From Ylistrum balloti (Eukaryota), in assembly GCF_031769215.1 (NCBI RefSeq), contig NW_026783070.1, positions 1-64,000 on the forward strand: a stretch of DNA of 64,000 nt. Direction: 5' to 3'. The notes under the pieces were generated by a model. The model saw only the letters and a program-made list of their open reading frames with translations. It was not told where the DNA came from and did no database searches. Positions 62,101 through 64,000 of the stretch are shown here, piece by piece (the stretch's first letter is position 1; every line of letters begins with the position of its first letter). Both the position numbers and the translations under genes were made by a program.

Positions 62101-63035
62101 TGCCCCACAGATTAATAAGTTTACAGGGGTAGCTGGACAGTTTTTCTACCCTCTAATGAAACATTATGACAGGTAAATAGATAATAAGTTTACTAGAGTA
62201 GCTGGACAACTTTTCTACCCTCTAATGAAACATTATGACAGGTGAATAGAGGAGATTTATGCTCTCACATTTAATATCATGCAGTTCCATGAGTATGACA
62301 TAACATCATGAGTGAAAAATATATCTACAGTCATACCCATGCATTATATATACTGAACAGGAAAACATTCATTTTTGTTTTATTTGAAAAAAAAAACACA
62401 AATAAATTGAAAAATCTTATCCAAACATAGAATACCAGTAAGTCTTGTTAAAAATATTTTGGAAGTTTGGGAAATAGTAGCATTTTCTTTGTGATTGGGT
62501 AGTTTGATTTTACACTTGTAAATAAGATTCGACTAGTGAAGATAAATCATCACGGGAAGGTTTGATATCTTCACTACAGTATTGATAGGAGTCTTTATCT
62601 TATTGATCAGTCCTTTCATTAACAAAAATGTAATGACAGCCAATTACACTAGCTAGAATTACTTCAGATAAACTCTGCCAATTCAGTGTCCCAGTGTACA
62701 ATGTAAATTTCACAGCAGCATCTGTGATTGTCATGAAAAGGAAATCAGTAATTATAGCTAGACTAAGAATTTACAAACTTAGAGCTGTGTAATCAGTAAG
62801 GGGCAACTCATACCTGTATAAACCCTAGAAAGTGATAGTCAGGAGGAAAGTATACAATACAACTCTTGTGATTTACCTCCAGTGACCATGAGCAGGAATG
62901 TAATTGATTAAAGTTATTCTTTTATTCTTTAACAGGAGAGAAAATACGTTTGACTTGATAGGGGAGGACAGTCTTGTCCTTGGAAGGTTGATATACACAC
63001 TTGGGGTCATCATGTACTGTGCTATTAACACAATG
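50198..63035 (+). CDS. TELO2: Telomere length regulation protein TEL2 homolog (TTT complex), 16 exons visible, 3' end beyond the window
   Basis: Phase-consistent exons 50198-50559, 52260-52451, 52666-52820, 52993-53140, 54138-54240, 54733-54801, 55966-56107, 56513-56649, 57045-57127, 57769-57861, 57969-58057, 58286-58377, 60787-60903, 61452-61523, 61913-62172, 62936-63035. Motifs LGYLA, WGDESALRHT, SDLDSDDDLEPYDMSND (CK2 site), YNLRQRMDILE, KRIESKTRRF. Confidence 0.94.
54224..54445. repeat. 47-bp minisatellite spanning the TELO2 exon 5 end and donor, ~4.7 copies
   Basis: TACAGTACACAGACAAGGTCAGTACAAACAGTTCTGTAGTGGAATAC repeated. Confidence 0.9.
56770..56880. repeat. 34-bp intronic tandem repeat, ~3 copies
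   Basis: TGACATCACTGACTAGATAAAGATCTCATGGTTA repeated. Confidence 0.85.
57109..57645. repeat. 42-bp minisatellite spanning the TELO2 exon 9 end and donor, ~12-13 copies
   Basis: CACACTGTACAAGGTAAGTCACACTCTGTACTCATTATGTCA repeated. Confidence 0.95.
58441..60582. repeat. 45/42-bp intronic minisatellite (TELO2 intron 12), ~48 copies
   Basis: GATGTCACTGGTGTATAGGGGTAATAGATTTGTGTTGTAGGTGAT repeated. Confidence 0.97.
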
Positions 63036-63349
63036 GTAAGTGGTAAATATGAGATAGCATGGTTGCTTGGTTGCTTGGTTGACAGATTTTTTGTCTCCAT
63101 GACTCCTCCTTGTTCAGGTATCATCTCACCAACGACCATCAAGTGTTAGGGCGACCTACAAACCCCTTATTGGGAAGGAACAGTCTGTCGCTTTGATTTT
63201 AAGTTATACTAGTCTTAGAAGATTTTTTCACGCCAACTTTCCTTACAAAAAGTCTCAGGTAGATCTTTAGCATGCGAGAGTGGACAACCCTCACACAGGC
63301 CACCATTTCAAGGTCTTGTATAGTGTTTATTTGGTTTATATGTTTGTGC

Positions 63350-64000
63350 CTTGAGTTGTATGTATTGTTGTGTGCTATGTTGTATTGTATTGTATGTATG
63401 TTTGTGTGTTGTATTGTATTGTATGTATGTTTGTGTGTTGTGTTGTATTGTATGTATGTTTGTGTGTTGTGTTGTATGTATGTTTGTGTGTTGTGTTGTA
63501 TTGTATGTATGTTTGTGTGTTGTGTTGTATTGTATGTATGTTTGTGTGTTGTGTTGTATGTATGTTTGTGTGTTGTATTGTATGTATGTTTGTGTGTTGT
63601 GTTGTATGTATGTTTGTGTGTTGTGTTGTATTGTGTGTATGTTTGTGTGTTGTGTTGTATTGTATGTATGTTTGTGTGTTGTGTTGTATGTATGTTTGTG
63701 TGTTGTGTTGTATGTATGTTTGTGTGTTGTGTTGTATTGTGTGTATGTTTGTGTGTTGTGTTGTATTGTATGTATGTTTGTGTGTTGTGTTGTATTGTAT
63801 GTATGTTTGTGTGTTGTATTGTATGTATGTTTGTGTGTTGTGTTGTATGTATGTTTGTGTGTTGTGTTGTATTGTGTGTATGTTTGTGTGTTGTGTTGTA
63901 TTGTATGTATGTTTGTGTGTTGTGTTGTATTGTATGTATGTTTGTGTGTTGTGTTGTATGTATGTTTGTGTGTTGTGTTGTATGTATGTTTGTGTGTTGT
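63350..64000. repeat. TG/TGTAT-rich compound low-complexity repeat, truncated by window end
   Basis: (TGTAT)/(TGTGT)/TGTTTG modules repeated. Confidence 0.95.

Noticed and set aside
63350-64000. Telomeric repeat
   Set aside because: No TTAGGG units; it is an intronic TG-rich low-complexity tract and TELO2 is incomplete at this point.

Overview
AT-rich, intron-containing animal genomic DNA. It is probably a mollusc such as a bivalve; this is inferred from the intronless nAChR-like paralogs and the repeat landscape. The left half (1-37 kb) is accessory and repeat-rich. It holds a 5.5-kb 44-bp satellite, many unrelated minisatellites, and two ~98% identical intronless Cys-loop receptor (nAChR-like) genes that lack the canonical acetylcholine-binding residues. 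It also has a ~3.5-kb tandem duplication (CR1-like LINE with TSD + TMDD1-like extracellular death-domain membrane protein + minisatellite). The junction of that duplication carries a 530-bp segment copied from a neighbouring 4.2-kb dead hAT transposon, which has 14-bp TIRs, an apparent 5-bp TSD, an intron and a tiny polyadenylated retro-insertion. The right half holds two head-to-head gene pairs: a 1108-aa CD20/MS4A-like tetraspan protein with PSMD10 (gankyrin, 6 exons), and DNAL4 (3 exons) with TELO2 (16 exons visible, running off the end). A recurring theme is that tandem repeats are seeded by gene or exon ends (stop codon, splice donors). All coordinates and comparisons were made by eye and no database searches were run. 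Many short ORFs in the supplied track are artefacts of repeats or non-ATG starts.
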